Shown piece by piece: positions 22,181 through 35,332 of a stretch of DNA of 42,413 nucleotides (the first letter of the stretch is position 1; the number at the start of each line of letters is the position of its first letter). Made by a program: the position numbers and the translations under genes. The stretch is taken from positions 1 to 42,413 of the forward strand of contig KZ538887.1 of assembly GCA_000934665.2 (NCBI GenBank), read 5' to 3'. Origin of the DNA: Catajapyx aquilonaris (taxonomy: Eukaryota). The notes below the pieces were generated by a model. That model was not told where the DNA came from. It searched no databases and worked only from the letters and a program-made list of their open reading frames with translations.

Positions 22181-22556
22181 CAGGGTGGTCCAACTTTTTT
22201 GTCCGAACAGCTATTGACAAATTCGGCCTAAGCTGCTTATGTTGTAGTGTGTTACCTGGCAACCCCGTCCGGCGGGCCAATTCAAACATCAGCCCATGGA
22301 GAGCGCTTCCATTGTTGCCACTGTTTACAAATCGAGTGAGTGAGTGCGCAGGCAGAAGAGACCCGTCGCGTCGCTGGGTCGTGCGCGTCACTCACTCGAT
22401 TTGTAAACAGTGGCAACAATGGAAGCGCTCTCCATGGGCTGATGTTTGAATTGGCCCGTCGTCGGCCGGGGTTGCCAGGTAACGCACTACAACATAATAA
22501 GCAGCTTAGGCCGAATTTGTCAATAGCTGTTCGGACAAAAAAGTTGGACCACCCTG
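22181..22556. mobile_element. Palindromic Tc1/mariner-type MITE
   Basis: TA-CAGGGTGGTCCAACTTTTTTGTCCGAAC ... GTTCGGACAAAAAAGTTGGACCACCCTG-TA, with ~165-bp arms. Confidence 0.9.
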
Positions 22557-23756
22557 TATACACTGTTTTTAAAACATGAAACATTGTATCCAGTTTCGAA
22601 AGATTCATATATCACACTCTGTGCCTCATTAAATATTACATCATCCAACAACACATATTTTATACACACGCTCTATGCATGTGGGACTTAATGCCGATTT
22701 AAACATGCACCCAAGTTAAAACGACCCAATACTTCCAAATGTTGCTTAACCTAATCTCCCCATAACTGTATTATGTAACTGCGGTGCGGTCAATTATCAG
22801 GCGTGATTTAGCTCTGCTCTGGGATATTACCAGGATAGGTTTAGTGTTACTATTATACCGCTCTGGAGACAACGGATGTTAACTCCTCTCAAAAACAATT
22901 TACGTGCCCCTGAGTCAACAGGTCAGGTCCCTTCAGAGGGTCTTCACAACCAACAAACATCGTCCAGTATCTTCCATTATTCGCCACACAAAAATGGAGG
23001 TATGATTGTGGTTTACAACTCCATAAAGTACGTTTCTGCCTGGATTTCCATTGCAAAAACTGAAGTATGACAAAAGCCTTTTCGCGTCTGCTGGCCTGCT
23101 ACGTTTTCATTTCAAATATGGGCGAAGTTTCCTCCATCCATTTTCTCTCTGGGAAAAAGAAAAAGCTAGAGGGAGGCGGGGGGAGGGGAGGGGGGTGCGA
23201 AAAAGCATTTTCGGGTCGACGCCATTTATTTTTGAGCAGACGCCTCTGTACTGACAAATAATTATTCCGAGCAATTTAGCCTGTTTCACACCCTTAGCCG
23301 AAATAATTAGCATGGAAAGGAGGAATCCGGCATTGGATTCTTGGCCTTGAAGCGTGATTGGTCCTATCGCTATTTAGACGGAATAGGCACAAAATTAGGC
23401 TACCAAGTATGGATTTTACGTAATTCTGCGGCACCCGGCGTTGCCCGGGAAGATATGAATGAAGGGAAAGCACCTGCCAGTACCCCCGTCAACTGTCTGT
23501 CTTTCTGTGTGTCCGGTCACCAATGCCATCTGTGGTCCTGCTACTCCAACACCTTCAACCTCTCCCGCCTGTATAACGGCAACCGTCATTTGCCATCTGT
23601 AGTCAACCCCGGCCTGGGGGTGGAGCACAGATGGCAGGCAAATGACGGTTGGCAGGCGGACAGACAGACAGACTCACAAACGGCTTTATTTATATAGATA
23701 GATAGAAGATAACAGTTCATTTAAATAATGATCGTATTAATTATTTTTGGCATTAC

Positions 23757-23818
23757 CCGAGTGATTACAGGTTGATCGTGGTGTATATATACACCACGAT
23801 CAACCTGTAATCACTCGG
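23757..23818. repeat. 62-bp perfect palindrome centred on (TA)4
   Basis: CCGAGTGATTACAGGTTGATCGTGGTGTATA|TATACACCACGATCAACCTGTAATCACTCGG. Confidence 0.95.
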
Positions 23819-24815
23819 TTAGCATGGTTCGGTCAAATGGATGTGGCATGTACTGTATCTATGGATCGTTCCCAGGAATTCTGGGCTTTTCACATCTGTT
23901 ATTTCTCACTTTTTCCAAGTTTGTTCGGAAATCCAATATTTGCGTTTGAATTGCAGTACGTTGTGAAAGCCACCCGCTGTAGACTTTTATCATGTGGAAA
24001 CAATAATCATTTCGGGCAAACAAAAAAAAACAATTCCAATTACACCAATGGTGACTGGCGTTATTGAGTGAGTTGTTGCATGCACCGTTGAGAGAGCATA
24101 TTATATTGACTACATAAACTGGGACTAAAAGTTGGAAAATTGCTGCACAAATATTATCGTAGTTAAATACTGTAGGCTACATAGGCCTAACTTCTATAGC
24201 ATACCTGCTGCTGACGCAACATATCTGCCGAAACAGGTAAAAGTACATCAGATCTTATTTTAAATACATTTTAGTCATTTGTATGTAATTTTTTCTACTT
24301 GCATGACAGCCTAATTAGACATCAGCAGGTCATTTTTTTAAATGATTGAAAATCATTGCTAATTTTTTTGGATAATGCCTTTTGGGACCCAGCCTAAAAC
24401 TGGAAAGAGCTAGATGCAACTAGTGTATCTTACGTTAGACTCTCTTTATTTAAATCCGACCCTGGTCCGGATCACTACGGATCTATCTTGCTGGCTGAGC
24501 ATCCGGAAAATTGCCGAGGGCTAGATCGCAGTAGGGGCTGTTGCTCAATAAGACTTTGATCTTTTTCTTCGGAGCATTTTTTTGATCAGGGCCAAATAAT
24601 AGCAGAATAATATTTGAATAAGAACCGTTCGTTTGCTGATGCTTTTTTTTTTCGCGCTGTACTTTTAGTAACAAAATATTACGGTTGCTTTCTTGGCTGG
24701 AAATATGTCATTAACCGGAAAACCCATCAGAGCTGAAATTTCTAAAATCAACTAGGACTATTTTGAGCTTAGAAATTTGCAAGAAGTATGCAATTTTTCA
24801 CTCGTATACTATAGT

Positions 24816-25267
24816 ACTCGCTTTGCGAGCCGGTGGCGCTCCGCCCTCCCGGACCCCCGTGGGGCTGCGCCCCACCTGCGCCCGTATTCCGCCTAATCCA
24901 TCCGGTTACAGAAATCAGTGACGTCACCGGTAGCGATGAGGAGTTTCCGAACGTATCGTTCAAAACAGCGCTTGGGATGACAAGTGGGACCATCTGTGAC
25001 GTATCATTCCCACGGCAGGTTTGAGTGACAGCGGGCGGAGAGGAGTGGGTGGGCCATTGTTCTCGGGGATCCGTGGGAGTTTGCGTCTACATTTTATTTG
25101 GCCATCTCGAAAACGGCTGGGAATTTTGCGATTATGAGGATTTTTGGCATCGGTATACCGGAGGCTAGAAATCCAACGGTGTAAGTCCGAGATATCTGCG
25201 ACGCCGGGAAGTGCGAAATATTTTCCATCCTATATCCTCCTATATCCTCGGATTGGGGCGTTATATA
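24816..25267 (-). mobile_element. Second copy (inverted) of the 11780-12313 repeat unit
   Basis: Reverse complement of 11780-12313 with small deletions, e.g. shared TTCCGCCTAATCCATCCGGTTACAGAAATCAGTGACGTCACCGGTAGCGATGAGGAG. Confidence 0.85.
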
Positions 25268-26488
25268 TACTTGATTGATTGATTGATTGATACTAGTATA
25301 CTAGTATACTATAGTATACTATAGTATAGCAAGTAGAAGGCAAATTTTGCGCTAGGATACTAGTGAAAAATTTGCCTTCTACTTGCAAATACAAGTAGCA
25401 TAAACCTTGCATAATGTTGACTCCGAATGTTCCTTCACCTTCGCCATATCGAAATGGAAAGTATTATTTACCTTGTTCCAAAACAGGGCATCGTCCCTAA
25501 ATTCTATTTCTTTGTAGTTTCCCCCCAAATATCCTATCTCGAATCAGATAATGGTTAGGTGAGAACAAATTCGGACAACATTACCTTTCCATATCGTCAC
25601 AAAGATGGATCGGGTTATCATTTCCCTCACCTATGGGCCAACTCTATGCATATGTAATGCATAGCTCTCGGTAAGGCTCCAGGAAAATGAGAAAAGAATT
25701 GGCAGTCTAAAATATTGTGCGCAGTCATTGATAACATTTTAAAAATAAAACGCTGTTGAAATTAGTCTGAATTTGCATATCCTGTGAGTTGATTTTCACT
25801 GACCCAAAATAGATTTGATTTGGGACTGGCTTTGAAATTGTTACTCCCAACCGCGTCAGTTGGATGGGTTTATAAATAGTGCAGTATTATTTGTATCGTA
25901 TGTGGCTGAAAAACTTGAACTTTTTTAATTTGGCATAATTAACATATTGTTCGTTTCACTGTGGCTGTAACATTCAGCAAGTGACGTTATATTGGGTTTA
26001 AATAGTTTCTATGAACTCGGGGTAGGATGACTGGCATGTAATTTTGGGAAAAACTGCGGCATCTATTGAATATGGATGCAAAAAATTATGCAGCTGTAGA
26101 GTTTGAGGAGTTTAAAAAGTAAGCAAAGTGAGAATTACAAAATATGCATGTTTTGCATAATTTACGATAGTTCTTAATAAGATACGTTGTGCCATGCGGA
26201 GTTAGTTACCGCTATATTTGCTCCAATCGCAAGTTGGGCACTACTACATTAATGTATTTCTTGCCATTTGCTATTATTGCGATTCTGGTTTGTAATAAAA
26301 ATTGCTAGAAAATGTCAGTTAAAATTTGTGTGCACAATGCATTTAAGTAAAATAAACAGTTATAATTTTTTAATGATTTCAACATGTTCCGCCATATTAG
26401 GCTGTACTGGATTTCCAAACTACACGACTGATGGAGGCGCCAGCCCATAGATTTATAGACATGGATCCGGGTCTAGCTCTACCGGGGG

Positions 26489-26513
26489 NNNNNNNNNNNN
26501 NNNNNNNNNNNNN
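26489..26513. other. Assembly gap (25 N)
   Basis: Run of N. Confidence 1.
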
Positions 26514-28400
26514 TTCTCTAGACAGGGACTACCAAGGTCAAGGTTGAAGCTTCCTTTTGCCAAAATGTCACTGTGTAGGACCCATACTTTGCAATCTCGT
26601 CTCTATGTAACTCATTGCGTCATTCAATGCATTATAGTTTGGCATCCATATGCTCACTCTCAAAATGAGATTTGGGGGTTTTCAGATAATTCTGAATGGT
26701 TTTCATGATTCTTCCTACACTTGAACTTGTCCACTACTAGTGAGTTAAAATAGTTTAAATTTTATCCTCGGTGTTCCTCAAATAATCTAAGTCGACTGAA
26801 ATAATCGACGAATTGAATATATAGTCAAATAAAAAGGTTCTTACAGGAAGTCACGAGTAGAACAGTGAGCTTTACTACAATTCATCAGGTCATAATGTAC
26901 CATAATTGGCTTTTACACGTAACTAGATGAAGCAGATGCAGTTATTATAAGCGAGTTTGGATATGTAATGTCGAACGCTATTTGGAGAGGAGTTTCCAAT
27001 TAGGGTCCAGATTGTTTACACTGAAATGGCTCTCACTGCTCAAGTTGCAACAAAATCTAATTAGAGCCATGCGGTATATTTAGATCCGCATTACTGTAGT
27101 ACGGGAAAAAGGTTTGTATCAAGTGTCATCAAAATGTATGCGCACTTCAAAATTTTTATGAAGTTCAAACACGCCTGAGCCAGTTGTTAAAAGCACCTAA
27201 TAAACAAACTGGTTTATTACATTTTGATAACGTTCGAACCCACTGACTCGCGTTTTACAATCTCATATTAAATTAATGAACCGGTCATAACGGGATTAAT
27301 ACGCACATGTTACGCAACTTGTCATACACCAACGCAAAAACCCGCAACAATTAAAATTGCCCCCCGTATACTATATATACAGGTTAGTCACATCTCAACT
27401 AATTAAACTTCCGGTCGTAAAAACTTCTAAAATCAACAACTTCCTCCTCATCAAAGTTTTTTCCACCTATTTTGTTCCCAGGATAATTCGGAATAGATGA
27501 CAACAAGCTGGGCCGGGCAAATAATTTCCTGGCGTCCGTTTTCATTACCTGCCGCTCTTTTGTCCCCCCTGACACTTGCCAGCAAAGTAACGAGCACGGC
27601 AAACACTCCCTCGGATTTCAAATTGGCAGAATTGTTTGCGCATCACTCGTCAACATCAAGCAAGGGATTTGCCCTCCTAACACTTCTGCAATGAGGGATG
27701 CATAGATACAGGCTGAGGGTTCTTATTTATTCCCGCGATTTGTAAAGAAACTTTCAACATGGAAATGTCACCTTTTGATTGACTGGTTAATTGAATTCGT
27801 GTTAATATTTGTATGTCGATACAAATTATGCAGTGGGTTGTTTTGTATCACTTCGTATCGCCTCCCTCATAGCATTTAGGGGGTATGGAAATCCCAGAAT
27901 TTGACAGCAACAAGTGGTCCATAGCTTTACAAATTACGTGGTGTGTGTAGCGGGTAATTAGCAGATGTGGTCGTTTTGCATGGGTGAACGTGCTTCAGTT
28001 AATCATAATTTTGTTTTGATATTATGGAACTGTCAACAAATTCAATGCTCGGTTAAATGATTGCTAATAATTATTTCAGAAGGCGGATTACGTAATATCG
28101 CGCCAGGGTTTTTTAACGCTCAGTACACACATATTCACACCCAGACTTTCTCTCAATAAGCTATGGGAACGTTGAAAACGCAACTTTTCGAAGCTAGTGT
28201 AACCTAACCTAACCTACCCTAACTAACAAGCTGATATGATGTTATTGTACTTGTGTTCTACTGTATCATTGTGTTCTGAATGTTGTATTGGGAAGCTCTC
28301 TCCGTCCTAAGGGGTAACCCCCATGACGTAATAAATTATTGTTATTATTTTTAAAAACTAACAGGTTGAGATAAATGGACTTTTGTGAAACCCTGAAAAT

Positions 28401-28524
28401 AGAAATTGTGGGGACTATAACGGTAACGTTCTGGTGTGTGAAGATGTGGGGACCCTAAATGTCCCCACACGAGAAATTGTGGGGACTATAACGGTAACGT
28501 TCTGGTGTGTGAAGATGTGGGGAC
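28401..28524 (+). repeat. Direct duplication of 53 bp (period 71)
   Basis: AGAAATTGTGGGGACTATAACGGTAACGTTCTGGTGTGTGAAGATGTGGGGAC at 28401 and 28472. Confidence 0.9.
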
Positions 28525-29861
28525 TGGGGGACAGTTATAGTCCCCCCAGTTACAGTAAAAAACACATACTTCCCGTCCCACAGCTTATTGAAGACAAGAA
28601 CACATGCTCGTACATGTAGAAAATATTACCTGTAATTATGAATAATAATAATCAGATGCACACTTTAAAGAGGTTAGATATTTTACAGGATCACGGCAGG
28701 TCGAGACCAAAATGACTGAGAGTGCCCAGTACAGTAGGGTTGTCCATGACATATTCACATAACTGTACAATGCAATAATAAGTCAGTGCCATACAGTCCC
28801 AGAGCTCACAGCTTTGTAGCCAGATCGTTGAAATGTACAATCAAGTGCAATAAACTATGTTCAAATTATAGGAGGACAGCTTAACACTGTATAATACAGC
28901 AGAGTACTGTACATACTGCACTCTGTGGACTACCCCGAGGCTACAGCTTATTTCTGACACAGTTTCAAAAATAAATTGACTCAACTATGCGCAACTATCC
29001 TATAAAAATGTAATAGCAAAGTGTCACTACTATAAAAAAATAGCTCCAGCTAGGATCATTATTTTTTTAAACTTGACATTTTCTGTAATTTGCACGCTAT
29101 TAAACATGACGCTGCAGAGTGATTTACCTGAACCTGCTAACATGCTACAGTTGAAGCTATACAATACATGCGATTAAAATAGTACATAACTCACCTTTTT
29201 GGGGGGGAGGAGCACCCAAGTTAAGTTGAAGGCGACGGTTGAGGGAGAGCCTCGGTAAAAGAAGCCAATCTCCCAGTTTGATGAACCTGTGCCTATCCTT
29301 CTTCTGGATCTTCTCCGCGCCAAAGTTGAGCGTTTTATGAAGTTTTGGAGCAGGCGCCAAAAGCGACGCAGTCACGTGAGCGGGCTTGGTCACCGACGCC
29401 CACCGACGCCTACCGACTTTCACATCCGCAAGAATTATAGTCCTCCCCCAGTGTAAAAAAAAAAAAAGCCAGTTACGTCACACTGCCATTTGGGGGCCAG
29501 GGCAGCTGGTTAATGACTTTGAGCTTAACTTGTTCAAAATGGATGCTGAAGCTGGGATCTCATCAGGTTGTCAATAACACGGATTTTTTTTTTCTCTCTT
29601 TCAAAACTCTATTTCAACTGTGGTCGAAAATTTTTATATGCTGATTTAACAACTGGAAGCATGTTTTTACTCAAAATGAAATGTAACCCACATATGCCCA
29701 AATTATTTTTTGTTCATTAAAAAAAAATACAAATGATCAAATAAAGAACACAATGTCTAAAAACCTAACAACAGTACAAGTGTCCTATATATAGGACGCT
29801 AGGCATATCTAGGTTAATCACTGTTGAGTTTCTTCGCCTTTCCTAATCTGACGGTAATATA

Positions 29862-29985
29862 CAGGGTGTTTTCTGTAATTCGGAACAGACTTCTAGGGTG
29901 TGTAGGGGCTTCCTTGGGAAGCAATTTGAGATTGGACACCCATGGTCGGAAACCAATCCCAAAGCAGCTAGAAAGCCTCAAAGGT
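29862..29985 (+). mobile_element. Truncated left end of a Tc1/mariner-type MITE
   Basis: TA-CAGGGTGTTT terminus like the other CAGGGTG elements. No right TIR found. Confidence 0.45.
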
Positions 29986-32558
29986 CCATTGACATCCTAT
30001 TGTAACAATGCACTATTGTTGTTTTATTACATTGTGCTCATAGTTGTATTGTAAGTCGCTTTTGGACAAAGCCAGTAGTGCTGGAGCGAAGCAAACAATA
30101 ATTTGTTATCGCCTTTAATAGTAAATCTCAAATTAATAAAATACGTAATAAATCCATCTTCCTGATCACACACAGCATTTGTTATTAATTAACATTTTAA
30201 TTTTTTATGCATATCACACGTGTTGCGCTTGTGATCACTTCATATTGGGGCTATGCTAAGTGCGTGACCGATAATTACGGGGCATAGAGGCATTCTTTGG
30301 CGTAATCGCTGGGTCACAAAATCAATGGCCAATGAAATCGGGATGACACATCTGAATGCGATACGAATTAACCTCGTTACATCGACATCGATTTCATGTC
30401 ACTTAATACCCATTCAGTTTGTATAGTATTACGCTCGGGTCTGGAAGTGCATTCAATACTGATCACGTGATCAATAATAAATACCAATCGTCTGTTGACA
30501 TGACCCCTGACCTGATCAGACTAGGTTGCCTCCTAGCCTGAATCCGCTCGTAGAAACGCGGCTAAGGCAGAAGCTAATCGGTAACGACCCCAATCACAAT
30601 ATGGAAAAATTGGCACCTATTAGCATAATGAAATACCTGATTAATCCCTTGCGATTTAACGCTCTAATCCCGATTGTGGCTAAACAAAATGCATAATAAT
30701 CCAGAGCCCTCTGGTAATTTAATTTCCATTTCTACTCTTTATCACTTCTTTTTTGGAAGAGGTTGTTATCGGAAATTCTGTCGACTTTCCAAGGAGGAGT
30801 CATTTGTATACTTAGCGGGAGGTATGATTCTAATGGGAATTAGGTCCAGGAATCCAGAATTCTTGGGCGCAAAAAGGTCCCCGTGACGTCACGGGAGCTG
30901 GGAGGAAAATGTCGATAATGGGTTTCCCCTATTCAAAACCCACACTCTTACGACCCCGGTAATAGTGTACAAACATTTCAAGTGCATGGATTTCGATAGG
31001 GGTTTAACTTTGAAATTGGTTTCTTATACGGGAGAAATAATGCAGGTGAGCATTTTCCCGTGACTTTCATTTGGGTCGAAAAATAGTATTTTTTTTCCCC
31101 CAGCAGGTTTTTCTCGTCTATTTGCGTCATTTTTCAGGGAGCTGGAGTCAACAGGAGGCTGTTTTTCATTCCTACGTCTTTTAATTTATTTAGTGTACTG
31201 CCATTTGGGGTGAGCTTAAATATTTTAAAATGTGTAGACCTGTTTCGCATTCCATTTGCGTTACTTGAAAGTGGTGTGGCCCATATGCATCTACTTACAT
31301 GTAATTTCACATTACTCTCGATTAGACCTTGATACTGTATAACAAAGGGAGCACTTTTTTTGGTCAGGAATGTATAATGCCAAGCTATTAGAATTGCTAA
31401 CACCTAAAGGCCCAATTACAATGGAAAACCGAAACCAAAATGCGATCACCGTAGGTATTGACTGCAGATATAGGCTAGTGGTCAGATGAGTTCAGCTTAT
31501 TACTGCAAAGCTTTTTTTTTTTTCAATAGTGATCGTAACAATCAGGATTAATCAGACTTACCATAGCACCTGTGGAGTACACCAGCGTGGTCCGTGTCCT
31601 TCGTCATACTGAATGAGCCCCTTTTCGGTAGTCCACATTTGACCTACCTGTTATTGCCACAATTGAACCCCGAATAACCAGTTTGCTTATCAGGCATTAT
31701 TACACTTTAAAAATACGGGTAGGCATAGGTTTTTTTTCCAGCAGAGCCCACATACACATTAGGATTTCAAGTCACGTCCATAGCGAAAAGCTCTTCTGGA
31801 GCGGTCACCTAAAAGTCCATCACCTATTGTTTGGTCCGGAAAGCAGACTCTTGTCCGGCTCTTACTCTTGGCCAGAATGGCGGGAGTCTCCTTTCAAACT
31901 AACTGCCTTCTCCCTCTTTCTTCTCGGGCCTATTGATTCGAGTAGATATATCCGGATTTTCATCCTCGTTTTCAAAATAGGGGGGGCAAGAAGCAGTGGG
32001 CGTCTGTCGGATCACAACACACTGCTGGCTCATTTCATATATGGTCAACATTGGCTGCAGTTGGAGAGAAACCTATTCCAACCCACTCTATAAAAATGTC
32101 AAATGTGTCAAATAAATATGAAAGAAATTTTGATGTTAGGATATGCCCACAATTACCCATATTTTCCCCTACCCTGGGAGAGATCTGCGGGGATCGTCTT
32201 CCAGCATGCCACTATCCATTCATCTCCGGAGACAACTAAGGATCCGGTTGCGGACATTCGCCTAAAATATTCTCACCTTTTACAATCCCCATCACGCCGC
32301 CTAACGACAAACATAGCATGTCTTCAACCACACTCCATTTCTGTGCTTGGGTGCTTTCTTGCAGAAAACACATACTGGGATCATTGTATTTGCAGTTTTT
32401 AAACGTCAAAGGTCAAAGGTCAAAGGTGAGGAAGATATTGGAAATGCAAAAAAATTTAATCAATTAATTCTTATAGTAGTGAAATGTAGTAAGTTAAACT
32501 TTTCATGGTGCATGTTCTTTAAAAATATGACATTTAATGAAATCAACGAATATCGCTG

Positions 32559-32637
32559 AAAAACATAGAGACGATTTTGCATTTGATTCAAGTGCAGGCT
32601 GCACTTGAGTCAAATGCAAAATCGTCTCTATGTTTTT
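32559..32637. repeat. 79-bp near-perfect palindrome, 1-nt spacer
   Basis: AAAAACATAGAGACGATTTTGCATTTGAtTCAAGTGCAG-g-CTGCACTTGAgTCAAATGCAAAATCGTCTCTATGTTTTT. Confidence 0.95.
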
Positions 32638-34690
32638 AATGACATAAATGAAGAAATGATCGTGGTGTGACACCTATGGTCCCTGGCATGAACTAGGTCG
32701 AAAATCAGTCCACAGCGGGCATTGTAAGAGCAGTAATGGCATCTGACACAGAGACCTAATAATGGAATGCAGAGTCTGGTAAGAACTCGCTTGCTTGTAA
32801 GTGTGTTTCTGGTCTCATTAATAGCCCGAAAGCAACGTGAGGTATATGAAATTATTGGTCTAGAGGTGCTTTATTGAAGCATGGGATTGAAACCAGTCCC
32901 TTTGTTCAGAAGTATGGATTCATTAGGATGGCCATAACTGTCCAGCATCTCATAATGACGTTTCATATAGTGATGGCCACACCATAGCCATTAGTGTGTT
33001 ATGCTTCATAAAATTGAATGCCACCACATGTCGGCCTAAGTATCATGATCACGAGTTATTCTTGGAGAGAAATGACATTTCAACGGCACTCTGTCAGTGT
33101 ATCGAAATACATTAGAAACACATAAAACTGTGCAGAAAAAATAAAAAGTATTATTTCGCAGGCCTATGTGTAATAACTCAACTAGCTGTTTTGAAATAAC
33201 GGTGATTACATGGCATGTGAAGGGATGTCATCACCTGACAGAAATTCCTGGAGTCAACGTTTGTTCTGGACCGTGATGTTAATCCTAATGCATCCGAAGG
33301 GCATTCTTCTGGCTCCCAAACTCCTGGCAATAATATTTAATAATATTATTAATATTTTAACAAAATTATTGTTCTTGAACAAGATGCGACCCCCCCAAAA
33401 ATTACCATCAACTAGTGTCTGAAAAATTAATATTAAAATTCCGGAAGAGTTTTAGTGCCAGGTGCTGTGGCCATTTCAAGTGAAAAAAATAAAATAAAAT
33501 GGCAAATTGTCGACTTTTGAGCCCAGGTATTCACTACTTGGGAGACAGGTATTTAAAAACTGAGTTTCACTTTTGATCTAATATTATGAGGAACAACGTC
33601 CAATAAAAATTATTGCGGTTAACTGCAAAATTATTAATCCTGGAAGGTTTCAACCACTTTAGAATATGAGAGTTAGGTACCCGCATTTTTCCCTTGTTTG
33701 TGACCCCATATAGAGTAAGTGTGAACTTTTCTGCATTTTTAAAACAAGTTTTGAGAGTCATTAATTTTTGATTTGAAAATGGTTCAGTTTTTGGAGAATC
33801 ACCCATATATAGGGCTCCTACACATTCTGACAGATTTGATGCAGTGTGAACGGGGACAACCTCAGTTATTAGAAAAATATTTTAGAGCATCCATGTGGAA
33901 AGAAAAGGTGAGGATATTCATGTATTACTGAGACCAATACACTAAATTGGCCATCACTGTATGGTTCACCCGAAGGTTTACCCTAATCAGTTCTATTTTG
34001 GCCATTCTGTGTGGCAGTGGGACAGACGCATGTAGTTTGTGATCTTGAATCCAGTCCTGACTGGTTGTTATACTTTCACCCAGGCTGTGTGCTTCTTGGA
34101 GTATTTAAGTGGTGCCTCTTGCGCCTCATCGTGGGACACTATAATACTTTTGTTACAATTAAACTTTTTGCTTCTTGGATTTAGGAATTGTTTATTACAT
34201 TTTGTACGGAAGCAGCCCCCGGACACTCCCTGCCATTTGTGTGAGCTTAGCTCTGCTCCCCCACTGAGGGGGTTTGCCTCAGGCGGCGCTGGGATCAGGA
34301 GCCAAGATAGGAGCGCCGCCACTAGCGGGAAATTGTAAACGACTCTGTGTGTCGACTCTGATAGGCTGGAGTAGTTAAGGCCTCCTATAGAGTCGTACCA
34401 TTCTTTATGAACGGTACTGTACGTCATAAACCACAGCACACACAGTGTGATGTATTCATTTCTCTCCAATCCTTATCAGTAGACACAAGAGCTAATGGTA
34501 GTCACAACTTCCATGAGAGAAATGTATGCATGAGGTAAGGAAATGAAGTTCAAGGTAATGTGAATGGGCAAATTAATAAACACAAGTTTTCAAATAGGTT
34601 CATTTCATACATTGTTAATCTCAAGGTAAAAATGTTATTTAATTATTGCTCACAAAATATCCCCGCACAAGTTCATATAGGCTTTTAGAA

Positions 34691-35040
34691 GGGTGAGGTG
34701 TGGTGGCCGAGATGGTAACGTCTCGGCTTGCTGAGTGAAAGGCCCCAGGTTCGATCCCCGCCTGGGGAACTTCCTTTCACCTGCGTCGGGAGGGTCTCTG
34801 ACCTGCACCAAGGAGGTGTCTGGCAACCTAACCTCCTGGAGGACTGCACATGGCCCAGTTTGAGACATTGCACTTGCACCCGTGTCCCTTCCCCAAAAAT
34901 CCTTATCCTTACCCAATCTCCTTGATTCCTTTGCACCGGAGTGAGGTTAAGAGGAAAAAATTGGAAAATAAAGGTTCAGATGCGATATATACCCCGTAAG
35001 GGGTGAAAGCATCACCCACAATTTATTTATTATTTTTATT
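34691..35040 (+). mobile_element. Full-length tRNA-derived SINE with 15-bp TSD
   Basis: TATAGGCTTTTAGAA at 34676-34690 and 35041-35055, A-box TGGCCGAGATGG, B-box GGTTCGATCCC and an (ATTT)n tail. Confidence 0.88.
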
Positions 35041-35144
35041 TATAGGCTTTTAGAACACAAATAAGTCAACTGTTAATCACTATAAGTCCAGTATAAAGCA
35101 AGTTTGGTGTGGACACTCATATTACGACTCATAAAACCGACATC

Positions 35145-35245
35145 GCGATATTTGATACATCGCACACGACAAGCGTCGGATATCGCAACTTGAGATTAAG
35201 TTGCGATATCCGACGCTTGTCATGTGCGATGTATCGAAATATCGC
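35145..35245. repeat. ~100-bp hairpin downstream of the F-box gene 2 stop codon
   Basis: GCGATATTTGATACATCGCACAcGACAAGCGTCGGATATCGCAACTT-gagatt-AAGTTGCGATATCCGACGCTTGTCaTGTGCGATGTATCgAAATATCGC. Confidence 0.9.
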
Positions 35246-35332
35246 CACAGCCCAGCTTGTCGTAAGAAAGTGCGGAAGCTAAATCAATTTTTTTTTGTAA
35301 CATCTCGTGTAGACACGTCAGTGACGTGTCTC

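Noticed and set aside
28199..28226. (TAACC)n as an arthropod telomere remnant
   Set aside because: Only 3-4 imperfect units; common inside TE relics.
31730..33110. Degraded coding-like sequence (including an LPPFWP motif reminiscent of Gypsy gag)
   Set aside because: Many stops and only a 6-aa motif; cannot assign without BLASTX.
34068..34469. 133-aa minus-strand ORF
   Set aside because: No recognisable domain, non-ATG start and no convincing exon chain.
34693..34765. tRNA-like gene
   Set aside because: It is the head of a TSD-flanked SINE; the cloverleaf is degenerate.
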